Positions 27,468 through 38,643 of a stretch of 64,000 bases of DNA are shown here, one piece after another (within the stretch, counting starts at the first letter, position 1; every line of letters starts with the position of its first letter). Below the pieces are notes generated by a model that had not been told where the DNA came from, did no database searches, and saw only the letters and a program-made list of their open reading frames with translations. The DNA is from Ignavibacteriales bacterium (lineage in GTDB: Bacteria; Bacteroidota; Ignavibacteria; UBA10030), in contig JACPLA010000074.1 of assembly GCA_016186715.1 (NCBI GenBank), positions 6,452 through 70,451 of the forward strand, written 5' to 3'. The translations under genes and the position numbers were made by a program.

Positions 27468-29255
27468 ATGCTCCCCCCCAGAAGGAGCTGTCCTGTGTCA
27501 CCCGTCCGTCAGTACCGCTGGGTCCTTCCACACTCCAACGCATCCGCTGGTTCGGCCGATCGTGATTTCCCTGGCAAAGTCAAGAAACTTGCCGATGAGC
27601 TCACGATTTCCCCGATTCTGGCTGAAATCCTTGTTCGGCGTGGAATCGAAACCATGGAAAAGGCTCGTCTGTTCTTCCGCCCGAGGCTTGATGACCTCCA
27701 CGATCCTTTCTTGATGAACGATATGCAAAAGGCAGTCGATCGCCTGATTACGGCGGTTCGTGTCGGTGAAAACATCATGGTGTACGGCGACTATGATGTT
27801 GATGGAACAAATGGGGCATCCCTCCTCTGGACCTTTCTGAAAAGCATCGGCGCAAAAGTCGATTCCTACATTCCCGACCGTCTCAAAGAAGGATACGGCA
27901 TTTCCGATATCGGCATCGAAAAAGCAAAGGAACGCGGGGTCTCCGTGCTCCTGTCCGTGGATTGCGGCATCACTGCCATCAATCAGACCGCTTATGCGCG
28001 TTCTCTGGGAATCGATCTCATCATCTGCGACCACCACGAGCCCGGGGACAGTCTTCCGGAGGCCTATGCCATATTGAATCCGTTCAAACCGGGCTGTGAG
28101 TATCCTTTTAAGCATCTGTGCGGATGCGGCGTTGGCTTCAAGCTCATCCAGGCATTGTGCACGCACGAACTCGTACAATCAATGTTTGGAGGAGACGCCG
28201 AAAGCCAGCTTGCGTCGTACCTGGACTTCGTTGCGCTTGCCACCACCGCGGATATTGTTCCGGTGATCGGCGAAAACAGAACCCTCCTTCGACTGGGCTT
28301 GGAACTGATCAACGCGAGCCCTCGCCCCGGCATTCGCGCATTAATCGAGACCTCCGGCCTCAATGCGGGAAAGATCACCGGCGGTCAAATTGTTTTTATT
28401 ATCGCTCCGCGAATCAATGCCGTTGGTCGTCTCGGAGACGCGAATCGGGCCGTTGAGCTCCTGACCTGCGCGTCGCCAGAGCAGGCCCTCAGTCTGGCGA
28501 AGGTCTTCGAGGAAGAGAACCGCAACCGCAGGAAAATCGATGAAGAAACCTTCATCGAAGCCCAGGAGCTGGTCGAAACTACCGCCGGAATGGAAAAAGA
28601 AAGCGCGATCATTCTCCATCGGGGTTCCTGGCACCCGGGAGTCATCGGCATCGTTGCCTCACGGCTTGTGGAACGGTACTATCGTCCCACCATTATGATG
28701 ACCACCGTCAACGGTGTGGCAAAAGGGTCCGCCCGCAGTGTGCGCGGATTCGACATCTACCAGGCTCTCAAGCAGTGCGAAGACACGTTGCTCCAGTTCG
28801 GAGGTCATAAGTATGCCGCCGGACTTGCGGTGGAAATCGACCGGCTTGAGGAATTCAAAGATGCTTTCTCGGCGGTGGCGCGGGAACGCCTCTCCGATGA
28901 ACTCCTTACCCCGGAAATTCACATTGACGCGGAAATCGAACTCTCCGATCTAACCCCGAAATTCTTGCGCATTCTGAACCAATTTGCTCCTTATGGGCCC
29001 AACAACATGCGGCCGGTGTTCGCAATTCGAAATGCCGAAGTCTACGGCTCTCCCCGAATCGTGGGAAACAATCACCTTCGCTTCAGTGTGAAGCAGCAGA
29101 ACCGCGTTTTTGACACGATCGGATTCAACCTCGGTCAGCTTGAAGAGAGGTTGAAGAATCGGTATGTCGATCTCGCCGTGTCCATCGACGAAGGGGAGTT
29201 CGGGGGGCATGCCGTTCCGCAATTGAAAATCAGGGACCTGAAGTCAAGCATCTAA
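27468..29255 (+). CDS. recJ: single-stranded-DNA-specific exonuclease RecJ
   Basis: DHH motifs (VYGDYDVDGT, DCGI, ICDHH) and DHHA1 (GGHKYAAG). The N-terminus YRWVL is typical. Confidence 0.93.
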   Translation: MLPPRRSCPVSPVRQYRWVLPHSNASAGSADRDFPGKVKKLADELTISPILAEILVRRGIETMEKARLFFRPRLDDLHDPFLMNDMQKAVDRLITAVRVGENIMVYGDYDVDGTNGASLLWTFLKSIGAKVDSYIPDRLKEGYGISDIGIEKAKERGVSVLLSVDCGITAINQTAYARSLGIDLIICDHHEPGDSLPEAYAILNPFKPGCEYPFKHLCGCGVGFKLIQALCTHELVQSMFGGDAESQLASYLDFVALATTADIVPVIGENRTLLRLGLELINASPRPGIRALIETSGLNAGKITGGQIVFIIAPRINAVGRLGDANRAVELLTCASPEQALSLAKVFEEENRNRRKIDEETFIEAQELVETTAGMEKESAIILHRGSWHPGVIGIVASRLVERYYRPTIMMTTVNGVAKGSARSVRGFDIYQALKQCEDTLLQFGGHKYAAGLAVEIDRLEEFKDAFSAVARERLSDELLTPEIHIDAEIELSDLTPKFLRILNQFAPYGPNNMRPVFAIRNAEVYGSPRIVGNNHLRFSVKQQNRVFDTIGFNLGQLEERLKNRYVDLAVSIDEGEFGGHAVPQLKIRDLKSSI

Positions 29256-29305
29256 CAGAGGGATTCTGTATTTTTCCATTTCTCAATGTTGCTTCTGATC
29301 CTCGC

Positions 29306-30055
29306 ATGTCTGGTCATTCGAAATGGCATCAAATCCGGCGGAAGAAGGCTGTCACAGACACCCGCCGCGGTAAGATGTTCACGCAAATCATCAAGGAAAT
29401 TACGATTGCCTCCCGCATGGGGGGAGGAAACCCTGACGGTAATCCGCGCCTGCGGCTCGCCATCGAGAAGGCCAAAGCCGGCAATATGCCCGCAGATAAC
29501 ATCAAGCGGGCAATCATGAAGGGCACGGGAGAATTACCAGGAATGGCCTATGAAGACGTCACCTATGAGGCATATGGCCCCGGCGGAGTCGCACTGATCA
29601 TTGAATGCGTCACGGATAACAAAACCCGCACCGTTAGCGAGATCCGCCACATCCTCGACCGGAATCACGGAAAACTCGCTCAAGCGGGAGCGGTGGCCTA
29701 TCAGTTCCAGCGAAAAGGGATTGTCTCCATTCCGAAGTCAGAGATGTCCGAGGACGATCTTTTGGCGCTTGCCCTGGAAGCCGGCGCAGACGACCTCAAA
29801 TCCGATGAGGATACCTACACGGTATACACGTCATCAGACCGGTTCGATGAAGTCAGAAAGGCCGTCGATGCTCGGAACATCAAAATCGATCACTCAGAGC
29901 TTCAACAGATTCCCGATACAGCCGTGAAGGCCGAAGGGAAAGATGCCGAGTTGGTCATGAAGCTGATGGAGGTTTTGGAAGAGCATGACGATGTCCAGCA
30001 CGTATTCAGCAACTTCGATATTGACGAAAAGCTCATGGCTTCTTTTTCGCAGTAG
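29306..30055 (+). CDS. yebC: YebC/PmpR family DNA-binding transcriptional regulator
   Basis: MSGHSKWHQIRRKKAVTDTRRGKMFTQIIKEI, NPRLRLAIEKAKAGNMP. Confidence 0.93.
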   Translation: MSGHSKWHQIRRKKAVTDTRRGKMFTQIIKEITIASRMGGGNPDGNPRLRLAIEKAKAGNMPADNIKRAIMKGTGELPGMAYEDVTYEAYGPGGVALIIECVTDNKTRTVSEIRHILDRNHGKLAQAGAVAYQFQRKGIVSIPKSEMSEDDLLALALEAGADDLKSDEDTYTVYTSSDRFDEVRKAVDARNIKIDHSELQQIPDTAVKAEGKDAELVMKLMEVLEEHDDVQHVFSNFDIDEKLMASFSQ

Positions 30056-30088
30056 TTTTCCCTGCATGATCTCATTCAAACGATCGCT

Positions 30089-30661
30089 ATGATCATCCTT
30101 GGCGTCGACCCAGGCACACTCATCACCGGCTACGGTGTGATCGAGGTTACAAAAGGCCGCTGCCGCGTCCTCGAATACGACGTCGTAAAGAATCGGAGCA
30201 ACCGCTCAATGCCTTTGCGCCTGAAGGCGATTTATTCGACTCTGTGCGATGTGATCAATCGGCACCATCCGGACGAATTTGCCATCGAAACGGCCTTCTA
30301 CGGCAAGAACGCTCAGTCGGCTCTCAAGATCGGACATGCGCGCGGAGTGTCGATTCTCGCCGCCGTCAACCATGAGATTCCCAGCACTGAGTATTCACCA
30401 CGTGAGGTGAAAAAGGCGGTTGTCGGAAACGGTGCGGCTTCGAAAGAGCAAGTCCAGGCAATGATCAAGTCGATGCTCCAACTTAGGCAAGCTCCAAAAT
30501 TCTTCGACGCAACCGACGCCCTGGCTGTCGCATTGTGTCACTCGCACCGGTACGGAAGACCGGGAGGCTCATCCCGCTCGCGCTCACGTTCCCGGTTCCG
30601 GTCCGACCTGTGGAGCGAATACGTTAGAAAACACCCGGAGCGAGTGCTCGTAAGCCGATGA
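30089..30661 (+). CDS. ruvC: crossover junction endodeoxyribonuclease RuvC
   Basis: MIILGVDPGTLITGYGVIE, FAIETAFYGKN, SPREVKKAVVGNGAASKEQV, DALAVALCH. It has an Arg/Ser-rich C-terminal tail. Confidence 0.93.
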   Translation: MIILGVDPGTLITGYGVIEVTKGRCRVLEYDVVKNRSNRSMPLRLKAIYSTLCDVINRHHPDEFAIETAFYGKNAQSALKIGHARGVSILAAVNHEIPSTEYSPREVKKAVVGNGAASKEQVQAMIKSMLQLRQAPKFFDATDALAVALCHSHRYGRPGGSSRSRSRSRFRSDLWSEYVRKHPERVLVSR

Positions 30662-31263
30662 TTGCATCTCTGACCGGTATCCTGAAAGCCAAATCGCCGA
30701 CGGAGATCCTCATTGACGTCGGAGGGGTTGGCTACGCGGTGAGTATTCCTGTCTCAACGTTCGAAAAGCTCGGCAACGTCGAGTCAGAAATTACCCTCCT
30801 GACATATCTGAACGTCCGCGACGATGCTCTCCAGCTTTTCGGGTTTGCAACCAACGAGGAACGCTTTCTTTTCAAACAATTGATTTCTGTTTCCGGGATC
30901 GGTCCGCGCATCGCTCAGGGAATCCTTTCGGGAATCTCAGTTGCAGACTTGCGGATCCATTTGGTGAACGGTAATGTCTCCGCGTTGACGGCAATTCCCG
31001 GCGTTGGGCGAAAGACAGCGGAGCGACTTATCGTTGAACTGCGAGACAAGCTTACAAAAGCAGATCTTGCCGTCGAGGCCTCGCTTCGGGAAGGGGGAGC
31101 GGGCGATGCACGCACGCAGGCATTCATGGCCTTGGTTTCCCTGGGGTTCTCGAAGCCGGCTGCGGAGAAGGCTATCGTCAACGTTCTCAAGGAGTCAGAC
31201 GGCAAGGATCTTGCCGTGGAAGAACTTGTGAAGAAGGCTCTTCGGATCGTCACAACTCGTTAG
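30658..31263 (+). CDS. ruvA: Holliday junction branch migration complex subunit RuvA
   Basis: MIASLTGIL, GVGYAV, two HhH motifs (VSGIGPRIAQ, IPGVGRKTAERL). ATGA overlap with ruvC. Confidence 0.93.
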   Translation: MIASLTGILKAKSPTEILIDVGGVGYAVSIPVSTFEKLGNVESEITLLTYLNVRDDALQLFGFATNEERFLFKQLISVSGIGPRIAQGILSGISVADLRIHLVNGNVSALTAIPGVGRKTAERLIVELRDKLTKADLAVEASLREGGAGDARTQAFMALVSLGFSKPAAEKAIVNVLKESDGKDLAVEELVKKALRIVTTR

Positions 31264-31430
31264 GTCTTGCGTCCTCTGTGTCAATTTCAATCGACAAAGA
31301 CCCTGGACTAAACAACTCACCCACGCCTTTGCGGTTCGTCTCCTCCAAACAATCAACGACGAATCCCAAAGCATGAGGCCTCCTCACGTCGTTTGTTTTT
31401 TCACCCCCTTTCCGGTATCTTCCCCTTTGT

Positions 31431-32465
31431 ATGCGATCTGATTTTACTTCTCCCGAACGGCTCGAAAACGAGCTGGAACTCGATCAGACACTCCGTCCTT
31501 CCACGTTCCCCGACTTCATCGGTCAGGAAAAAATTGTCAACAATCTGAAAATTTTCATCACGGCGGCGCGGCAACGCGGGGAGGCGCTCGATCATGTTCT
31601 TCTCACCGGACCGCCGGGACTGGGAAAAACGACCCTTGCTCACATCATCGCGGCAGAATTGGAAAAAGGAATCAAGGTGACGTCAGGGCCGGTCCTGGAT
31701 AAGCCGGGAGACCTGGCCGGCATCCTGACGAACCTCGAAGACGGGGACGTTCTTTTCATCGACGAAATCCACCGGCTGAATGCGGTTGTCGAAGAGTACC
31801 TCTATTCAGCCATGGAGGAATTTCGCCTCGACATCATCATTGACGCGGGACCGAACGCCAGGAGCATACAGATCGCTCTGCCTCGCTTCACACTCGTGGG
31901 GGCGACAACCCGAGCGGGCCTTCTGACTTCTCCTCTCCGGGCCCGGTTTGGTGTGATGGACCGCCTCGACTATTATCCCCCGGAACATCTTTTCAGCATC
32001 CTCAAGCGTTCCGCGAAGATTCTGAATGTGCAGATGAGCGACGACGGAGCCTTCGAGATCGCCGGGCGTTCCCGAGGCACGCCCCGCATTGCGAATCGTC
32101 TCCTGAAGCGATGCCGTGATTTCGCGGAAGCCGATAAGAAGCTCGCTCGTCACGATGGCGTGATCAACCGGGAAGTTGCCGAATATTCGCTCAGGGCCCT
32201 CGAAGTCGACAACCATGGTCTCGATGAGATGGACAAGCGAATCCTCCGGACAATCATGGAAAAATATGCCGGCGGACCCGTCGGACTCAGTACGCTTGCC
32301 GTCGCGGTTGGGGAAGAGCCCGGGACGATCGAAGAGGTCTACGAGCCATATTTGATCCAGGAAGGTTTCCTGAAGCGGACCCCTCGAGGACGCGAGGCTT
32401 CCGACCTTGCCTACAAACACTTCGGCCTCCAGCGTCGGAGATCCAACCAGGCCGATCTGTTTTGA
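31431..32465 (+). CDS. ruvB: Holliday junction branch migration DNA helicase RuvB
   Basis: [48 protein letters not shown]. Confidence 0.96.
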   Translation: MRSDFTSPERLENELELDQTLRPSTFPDFIGQEKIVNNLKIFITAARQRGEALDHVLLTGPPGLGKTTLAHIIAAELEKGIKVTSGPVLDKPGDLAGILTNLEDGDVLFIDEIHRLNAVVEEYLYSAMEEFRLDIIIDAGPNARSIQIALPRFTLVGATTRAGLLTSPLRARFGVMDRLDYYPPEHLFSILKRSAKILNVQMSDDGAFEIAGRSRGTPRIANRLLKRCRDFAEADKKLARHDGVINREVAEYSLRALEVDNHGLDEMDKRILRTIMEKYAGGPVGLSTLAVAVGEEPGTIEEVYEPYLIQEGFLKRTPRGREASDLAYKHFGLQRRRSNQADLF

Positions 32466-33388
32466 GAATTTTCGTTTACGCGGCGATTCTCTTTTCCCCC
32501 CTTTTTTCCCGGATCCATGCTCAAACGACCGATACTCTCCGTGCAACACGACAGAATCCGTCGCCCATGGTGGAAACAACAAGGTCCCACGCCCGCATCG
32601 AACCAATCGCATTCCCCGGATTTCAGTCCGAACTGATCGGGATCCTTCCCTCGCCCGCAGATGTCTTTGTTTCTTCAAAAGATTCCCAAGAAACCAGCTT
32701 CAACCTGCTGGTTCTCTTTCACACGGCGCCATACATTGCTCGTGATGCCGCCGTGCATGCGGATTTCCCGCTGATCACGGTCACGGTCAATCTCGGATCC
32801 GGATCGCGTGTCTACGGAGAGGCCTTTCAGAACCCGGGCACATTTCCCAGACTTTGCGATACCGTTGTCGCTACTGTCGAACGCCATTCAAGCCGACCGA
32901 TCAACCTCGAAACCGTCATTGCTGCGGGGTTTAGCGCAGGATATGGAGCAGTCAGGAAGATTCTCTCAACAAGATCAGGGTACTCAGCAATTGATGCTGT
33001 ACTCCTTCTCGACGGTATTCACGCTAGCTACATCCCCGAGCGCGTCCTCGCTGAAGGCGGCCAGATCGATTCCCTGGACCTTGCTGCGTTTCTCACCCTC
33101 GCTTCAGATGCCTCACAACCGAATTCTGAAAAGCGATTTCTGATCACGCACTCGGAAATTTTCCCCGGTACGTTTGTCAGCACGACGGAAGCGACTGATT
33201 TTCTCCTGAGGCATCTTGGACTCCGAAGGAACGCGGTTCTCCAATGGGGGCCGATGGGGATGCAGCTTCTCAGCGACACGCGCCAGAAGCGATTCAGGGT
33301 GCTGGGTTTTGCCGGCAACGCCGCGCCCGACCACATCGATCATTTGCACGCTCTCCGCTACTTCCTGCGGGAACTCCTCTCTCTCTGA
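32462..33388 (+). CDS. hypothetical secreted protein, possible alpha/beta-hydrolase-type esterase
   Basis: Signal-like N-terminus ([21 protein letters not shown]) and a G-x-S-x-G-like elbow (GFSAGYG). The TTG start overlaps the ruvB stop. No family securely recognised. Confidence 0.55.
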   Translation: MRIFVYAAILFSPLFSRIHAQTTDTLRATRQNPSPMVETTRSHARIEPIAFPGFQSELIGILPSPADVFVSSKDSQETSFNLLVLFHTAPYIARDAAVHADFPLITVTVNLGSGSRVYGEAFQNPGTFPRLCDTVVATVERHSSRPINLETVIAAGFSAGYGAVRKILSTRSGYSAIDAVLLLDGIHASYIPERVLAEGGQIDSLDLAAFLTLASDASQPNSEKRFLITHSEIFPGTFVSTTEATDFLLRHLGLRRNAVLQWGPMGMQLLSDTRQKRFRVLGFAGNAAPDHIDHLHALRYFLRELLSL

Positions 33389-33397
33389 AGACCGGAA

Positions 33398-33426
33398 TTG
33401 ACACTCTCTGAAATTCACCCTACATT
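33398..33426 (+). promoter_or_regulatory. sigma70-type promoter for the aldehyde dehydrogenase gene
   Basis: TTGACA (33398..33403), 17-nt spacer, TACATT (33421..33426), 32 nt upstream of ATG 33459. Confidence 0.5.
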
Positions 33427-33458
33427 TTGCCATTCTTTCACCACACCGGAACGTTCGC

Positions 33459-35123
33459 ATGGCCCTCGATAAGGACCTTCAATCAGTTCAGGAAGCCCGG
33501 GAGCTGCTGATAAAAGCCAAGGAGGCGCAGCGAGCTTTTCGCAGCTTCACGCAGGAGAAAGTGGATGCCATCGTCAAGGCGATGGCCGATGCCGGCTCCG
33601 CTGCTGCGGAAACACTCGGGCGTCTGGCCCACGAAGAAACTGGGTTTGGAAAGCCGGAAGACAAGAAAAAGAAAAACGAATTTGCCACTCGAAGGGTTTG
33701 GAACTCGATCAAGGATCTCAAAACGGTCGGCGTCGTGAATGAGGACAAAGAACGGCGCATCATCGAGATTGCGGAGCCAATGGGAGTCGTCATCGCTCTC
33801 ATCCCCTCCACCAACCCGACATCGACTGTCATGTTCAAGGCAATCATTTCGGTGAAAGGCAGAAACTCCTTTGTCGCAAGTCCGCATCCGCGGGCAGTCA
33901 AATGCACGGGGGAAGCCACAAGGATCCTCGCCAGCTCGGCCGAGGCCGCGGGAGCCCCTGCGGGATTGATTTCCTGCCTTTCCGTCCCCACGATCGAAGG
34001 AACGAACGAGCTCATGCGCCACAGGTTGACCGCTGTCATCCTGGCCACCGGCTCAAATCCCATGGTTCGGGCAGCCTATAGTGCAGGAAAACCGGCCTAC
34101 GGCGTGGGATCGGGAAACGTTCCCTCGTTCATCGAACGAACAGCCAACGTGAAGAAGGCCGTTGCCGACATTGTTTCAGGAAAAGTCTTCGACTGGGGCG
34201 TCCTCTGTTCCACAGAATCCGGCGTCATTGTGGACGAGGCGGTCAAAAAAGAGGCGATTGATGAATTCAAGAAACGCGGGGCTTACTTCGTGTCTCCGGA
34301 GGAGCGCGAGCGATTGAGCCGGACGATGTTCGATCAACGCGGAGCTATCAACCCGGATATTGTCGGGAAACCTCCTCATTTCATTGCGCGAAAAGCCGGA
34401 TTCGATGTTCCCCACGACACATCTTGCCTCGTCGCCGAGCTGCCCGGTGTCGGGCGCGAATATCCCCTCTCCCGGGAAAAACTCTCACCTGTCCTCTCCA
34501 TGCTCACCGTCAATGGCTGGCAGGAAGGATGCGAGCGCTGCATCGACATGCTCCAGTTCGGCGGAATCGGACATACCATGGTTATTCACTCCTCAGACTC
34601 GGAAGTGATTCTGAAGTTCGGATTGGAAAAACCTGCATTCCGGGTCCTCGTCAATACGCAGGCCGCGCTCGGTGCGGTCGGCTACACCAACGAGCTTCTC
34701 CCTTCAATGACTTTGGGGCCCGGAACATTCGGAGGATCCATTATTTCCGATAATCTTTCGGCCAAACATTTGATCAATATTAAACGACTCGCCTTCGAGA
34801 CCAGACCGATCAATCCGCCCGAGAAGTTCGGGGGCGTTCCGGGAACCGGTGTGCGAATTCCAGAACGGCCCAGTGTCGTCGTCAAGAAGGTCATGCAACC
34901 GACGCCTCCGCCTGAGCACTCATGGATCGATGTGATTGAAGAACGAATCAGGTTAAAGGCCGGGAATATCGTCCAGCCGATTTCACCGGCTCCAGAAATG
35001 CAGCCGCCGCAGAAGGCTGTTACAGAACAAAAACCGGCTCCAGGCACTCCAAAGACCGCTCACTTCGGAACCGGGATTTCAGAATCTGAAATCGATCGTA
35101 TCATCAAGGAATTCAAGAAGTAG
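33459..35123 (+). CDS. CoA-acylating aldehyde dehydrogenase (EutE/PduP/AdhE-N-terminal type) with a ~100-aa Pro-rich C-terminal extension
   Basis: IPSTNPTST, catalytic Cys context FDWGVLCSTESGVIV (Cys250), GPGTFGG. The ALDH homology ends near aa 450, followed by a low-complexity tail. Confidence 0.88.
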   Translation: MALDKDLQSVQEARELLIKAKEAQRAFRSFTQEKVDAIVKAMADAGSAAAETLGRLAHEETGFGKPEDKKKKNEFATRRVWNSIKDLKTVGVVNEDKERRIIEIAEPMGVVIALIPSTNPTSTVMFKAIISVKGRNSFVASPHPRAVKCTGEATRILASSAEAAGAPAGLISCLSVPTIEGTNELMRHRLTAVILATGSNPMVRAAYSAGKPAYGVGSGNVPSFIERTANVKKAVADIVSGKVFDWGVLCSTESGVIVDEAVKKEAIDEFKKRGAYFVSPEERERLSRTMFDQRGAINPDIVGKPPHFIARKAGFDVPHDTSCLVAELPGVGREYPLSREKLSPVLSMLTVNGWQEGCERCIDMLQFGGIGHTMVIHSSDSEVILKFGLEKPAFRVLVNTQAALGAVGYTNELLPSMTLGPGTFGGSIISDNLSAKHLINIKRLAFETRPINPPEKFGGVPGTGVRIPERPSVVVKKVMQPTPPPEHSWIDVIEERIRLKAGNIVQPISPAPEMQPPQKAVTEQKPAPGTPKTAHFGTGISESEIDRIIKEFKK

Positions 35124-35162
35124 TGCTCCCCACTCAGGCCGCCACGTTCCCTCCGTTTAGCC

Positions 35163-35753
35163 TTGCGTCATAAACTCCCCCGCTCGTTCTATTGCCGACC
35201 GACCCTCCAGGTGGCCCGGGAACTCCTTGGCATGCACCTGGTGAGAAAACTCGGATCGCGTGAGCTGGTCGGCATGATCGTCGAAGTGGAAGCATACCTG
35301 GGAAAACGGGATCCGGCCAGCCATGCTTTTCGAGGCCGCACCAAACGAAACGACGTGATGTTTTGGAGAGGAGGACATTTGTACGTGTATTTCACGTACG
35401 GGATGCATTTCTGCGCGAACGTGGTAACCCGAAACGAGGGGATCGGCGAAGCGGTGCTGATCCGTGCCGTTGAACCGATGAAAGGAATTGTCACGATGAG
35501 AAGAAATCGAGGTCTTCCCGCTCAAGAACGAAACCTCCGATTGTTGACGAGCGGGCCCGCCCGGTTCTGCGAAGCATTCGGGATTCAAAGGGAGGACAAC
35601 GGAACAGATTTGCTCGGGAAGAAAATCTACCTCGTTCAGAAAAGGAGGATCCCCGGTTCGAGAGTCGAGGCCTCAAACCGGATCGGTATCAAGGTCGGCA
35701 CCAAAAAGCGGTGGAGATTTTTCATCAGAAATAACAGGTTTGTCTCGCGATAG
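35163..35753 (+). CDS. mpg: DNA-3-methyladenine glycosylase (Mpg/AAG family)
   Basis: FYCRPTLQVARELLG, EVEAYLG..DPASHA, TKRNDVMFWRGGHLYVYFTYGMH, GPARFCEAFGI. TTG start. Confidence 0.85.
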   Translation: MRHKLPRSFYCRPTLQVARELLGMHLVRKLGSRELVGMIVEVEAYLGKRDPASHAFRGRTKRNDVMFWRGGHLYVYFTYGMHFCANVVTRNEGIGEAVLIRAVEPMKGIVTMRRNRGLPAQERNLRLLTSGPARFCEAFGIQREDNGTDLLGKKIYLVQKRRIPGSRVEASNRIGIKVGTKKRWRFFIRNNRFVSR

Positions 35754-35766
35754 TTTTCCGGCGCGA

Positions 35767-38643
35767 TCAAATCAGCCCAAGCTCAGTGCGAAGAAACTCA
35801 CCCGTGTACGATCTCCCGTTCCGTGCGACTGTCTCAGGCGTACCTTCCGTTACGACATAACCTCCTGCATCCCCCCCGTCGGGGCCGAGATCCACGATCC
35901 AATCGGCCGTCTTGACGACATCGAGATTGTGCTCAATAACGATCACCGTGTTTCCCTTGTCCACCAGCTTGTTCAATACCGAAAGCAGCATTCGGATATC
36001 CTCAAAATGGAGACCGGTGGTGGGCTCGTCGAGGATGTAGAGGGTCTTCCCCGTACCAATCTTGGACAATTCCGTTGAGAGCTTGACCCTTTGGGCCTCT
36101 CCTCCGGAGAGCGTCGTTGCCTGCTGACCCAGACGGATGTAGGCAAGACCGACATCGGACAAGGTTTGAAGATGTCGGCGAACTCGGGGGAGTTCACTGA
36201 AGAGGATGAGCGCCTCCTCAACGGTCATATCAAGAACGTCGGCAATTGACTTCCCTTTGTATCGTACTTCCAGTGTTTCCCTGTTATAACGCCTTCCGTT
36301 GCACACATCGCAATGGACATAAACGTCGGGAAGGAAATTCATTTCGATTTTCCTGACTCCGTCCCCTTCGCACTCTTCGCACCTTCCTCCCTTGACATTG
36401 AAACTGAACCTTCCGGCCCGATAACCCCGGATTTTGGCCTCGGGGAGCTGGGTAAAAAGATCTCTGATCAGGGTGAATAACCCGGTGTACGTGGCCGGGT
36501 TTGACCTGGGAGTGCGTCCGATTGGCGACTGATCAATATCAATCACCTTATCGATATGCTCAAGACCGTCGATCGACTTATAAGAAAGCGGAACCAACTT
36601 CGTCTTGTAGAATTTTCTTGAAAGGATCGGAAAGAGCGTCTCATTGACGAGAGTCGATTTTCCCGACCCGCTCACGCCCGTCACACAGATCAACTTTGCC
36701 AGGGGGACCTGAAAGGTAATACTCTTGAGGTTGTTCCCGGAAGCGCCTGTGAGCACGAGGTTTTTTCCATTTCCGTTCCGACGACGGGCCGGGACCGGAA
36801 TTTCCCTTTTTCCCTTCAGGTAGAGTGCCGTCAATGATTCCGCCGTCGCACCGTTGCCCCCGGTCTTCAGGGATTCGTTCCTGGCCCTGAGCAGATTGGG
36901 TCGGCCGCTCGTGACAACATAACCGCCATGCTCACCTGCCCCGGGGCCTAAATCGATAACATGATCGGCGCTTCGAATCATCGCTTTGTCGTGCTCGACA
37001 ACCACCACGGTGTTTCCAAGATCCCGAAGGGACCTGAGAGACCGAATGAGTTTGATATTGTCCCGCTGGTGCAGTCCAATGCTTGGCTCATCGAGAATAT
37101 AGAGAACACCGACCAACTGTGTGCCGATCTGCGTGGCGAGCCGAATCCGCTGCCCCTCGCCTCCCGAAAGCGTCCGCGCAGACCGATCCAAGGTAAGGTA
37201 ATCAAGCCCAACGTTGAGGAGAAAATCGAGTCGTTGGGTAATTTCCTTGAGGATTTGTCTGGCAATCTCGTAATGACGGGGAGTCAACGAGATCACTCCA
37301 AACAGGTTCCTGCAACCCGAAACAGAACGACGGACAACATCGTAGATCGAATAGAGTTCTCCGGTTTTTGTATCCTCAAGCTTGATGGCCAGGCTTTCTT
37401 TTTTCAATCGCCCGCCTCCGCATGCCGGACAGCGCGTTGTCGTCATGAAGGATTCCACCCATTCCCTGATCTGATTGGACGAAGTCTCATCATAGTAGCG
37501 TTGGAGCATATCCAACACTCCGCCAAAGCGGTGTCGGTACGTCACCGTTCTCCCCTGCCCAGTCTGATACTGGACGTTCAGCTTCTCCCCACCGGTGCCG
37601 TACAACAGTGCGGCTCGTGCTTCAGATGACAGTTTCACGATCGGCGTGTCAAAGTCGAAGGCGAATTTTTTCGCAACAGCCTCCACCTGGGCGAACATCC
37701 AGGTTGGTCTCGGTTTCCCGAGGGGGGCGATTCCTTCCTGGGCTATTGTCCGCGAATCATCCGGGATAATCAAATCAAGATCAAAATCCTTTTTCTCTCC
37801 CAATCCTTCACACTCGGGACAGGATCCCGCCGGCGAATTGAAAGAGAACGAATTCGGGGCAGGTTCCTCATAACTGATTCCACAGACTTGACAAGAATAT
37901 TGTTGGCTGAACAATTGATCCTCCTTGCCGTCGTTGACCGTCAGTACGCCGGCGCCGAAACGGAGGGCGACATCAACCGAATCGGCAATGCGCGATCGGA
38001 GCTTCTTCTTCAAGAGGATCCTGTCCACCACGATCTCAATGGTATGAGTCTTGTATCGGTCCACCTTCATCCCCTCGACGACTTCTTTCATTTCGCCATC
38101 CACGCGGACGCGAACAAAGCCGTCTTTGGCAATCTGTTCGAACAGCTCCCGGTAATGCCCCTTTCGGCCTCTCACCACCGGTGCCAGGATTGCGATCTTC
38201 GAACCCGCCGGAAATTTCAGAATTGCATCGATGATCTGGTCTACGGATTGGCGTTCGACTTTTCTGCCGCAGTTGATGCAAAACTGCATGCCAACCCGGG
38301 CAAACAAGAGCCGGAGGTAGTCGTAGATCTCGGTGACCGTCCCGACTGTGGACCGAGGATTATGACCGACGGTCTTCTGTTCGATCGAAATCGACGGACT
38401 CAGTCCCTCGATATAATCGACGTCCGGCCGCTCCATCATTCCCAGGAACTGACGCGCATAAGCCGAAAGGCTTTCAACGTATCGCCGCTGCCCTTCAGCA
38501 TAGATCGTGTCAAATGCGAGACTTGATTTGCCGGAACCCGAAAGGCCCGTGATGACAATCAGCCGGTCTCTCGGCATCTCGACGTCGATGTTCTTCAGAT
38601 TATGAACTCTCGCACCCTTGACAACGAGTTTCTCTTCGGCCAT
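35767..38643 (-). CDS. uvrA: excinuclease ABC subunit A
   Basis: 958 aa. [16 protein letters not shown], two ABC modules ([31 protein letters not shown]), zinc-finger Cys clusters. Confidence 0.97.
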   Translation of the reverse strand: MAEEKLVVKGARVHNLKNIDVEMPRDRLIVITGLSGSGKSSLAFDTIYAEGQRRYVESLSAYARQFLGMMERPDVDYIEGLSPSISIEQKTVGHNPRSTVGTVTEIYDYLRLLFARVGMQFCINCGRKVERQSVDQIIDAILKFPAGSKIAILAPVVRGRKGHYRELFEQIAKDGFVRVRVDGEMKEVVEGMKVDRYKTHTIEIVVDRILLKKKLRSRIADSVDVALRFGAGVLTVNDGKEDQLFSQQYSCQVCGISYEEPAPNSFSFNSPAGSCPECEGLGEKKDFDLDLIIPDDSRTIAQEGIAPLGKPRPTWMFAQVEAVAKKFAFDFDTPIVKLSSEARAALLYGTGGEKLNVQYQTGQGRTVTYRHRFGGVLDMLQRYYDETSSNQIREWVESFMTTTRCPACGGGRLKKESLAIKLEDTKTGELYSIYDVVRRSVSGCRNLFGVISLTPRHYEIARQILKEITQRLDFLLNVGLDYLTLDRSARTLSGGEGQRIRLATQIGTQLVGVLYILDEPSIGLHQRDNIKLIRSLRSLRDLGNTVVVVEHDKAMIRSADHVIDLGPGAGEHGGYVVTSGRPNLLRARNESLKTGGNGATAESLTALYLKGKREIPVPARRRNGNGKNLVLTGASGNNLKSITFQVPLAKLICVTGVSGSGKSTLVNETLFPILSRKFYKTKLVPLSYKSIDGLEHIDKVIDIDQSPIGRTPRSNPATYTGLFTLIRDLFTQLPEAKIRGYRAGRFSFNVKGGRCEECEGDGVRKIEMNFLPDVYVHCDVCNGRRYNRETLEVRYKGKSIADVLDMTVEEALILFSELPRVRRHLQTLSDVGLAYIRLGQQATTLSGGEAQRVKLSTELSKIGTGKTLYILDEPTTGLHFEDIRMLLSVLNKLVDKGNTVIVIEHNLDVVKTADWIVDLGPDGGDAGGYVVTEGTPETVARNGRSYTGEFLRTELGLI

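Noticed and set aside
27147-27543. Two minus-strand ORFs (97 aa and 82 aa) in the gap between rnhA and recJ.
   Set aside because: They overlap the RNase P RNA gene, whose conserved class-A segments are all present on the plus strand.
31355-31401. Terminator-like structure between ruvA and ruvB (AACGACG...TGAGG-CCT-CCTCA-CGTCGTT followed by TGTTTTTT).
   Set aside because: It is a plausible partial terminator or attenuator, but the outer stem is only 7 bp around a large interior. ruvA and ruvB are normally co-expressed. I kept it as a note rather than a feature.
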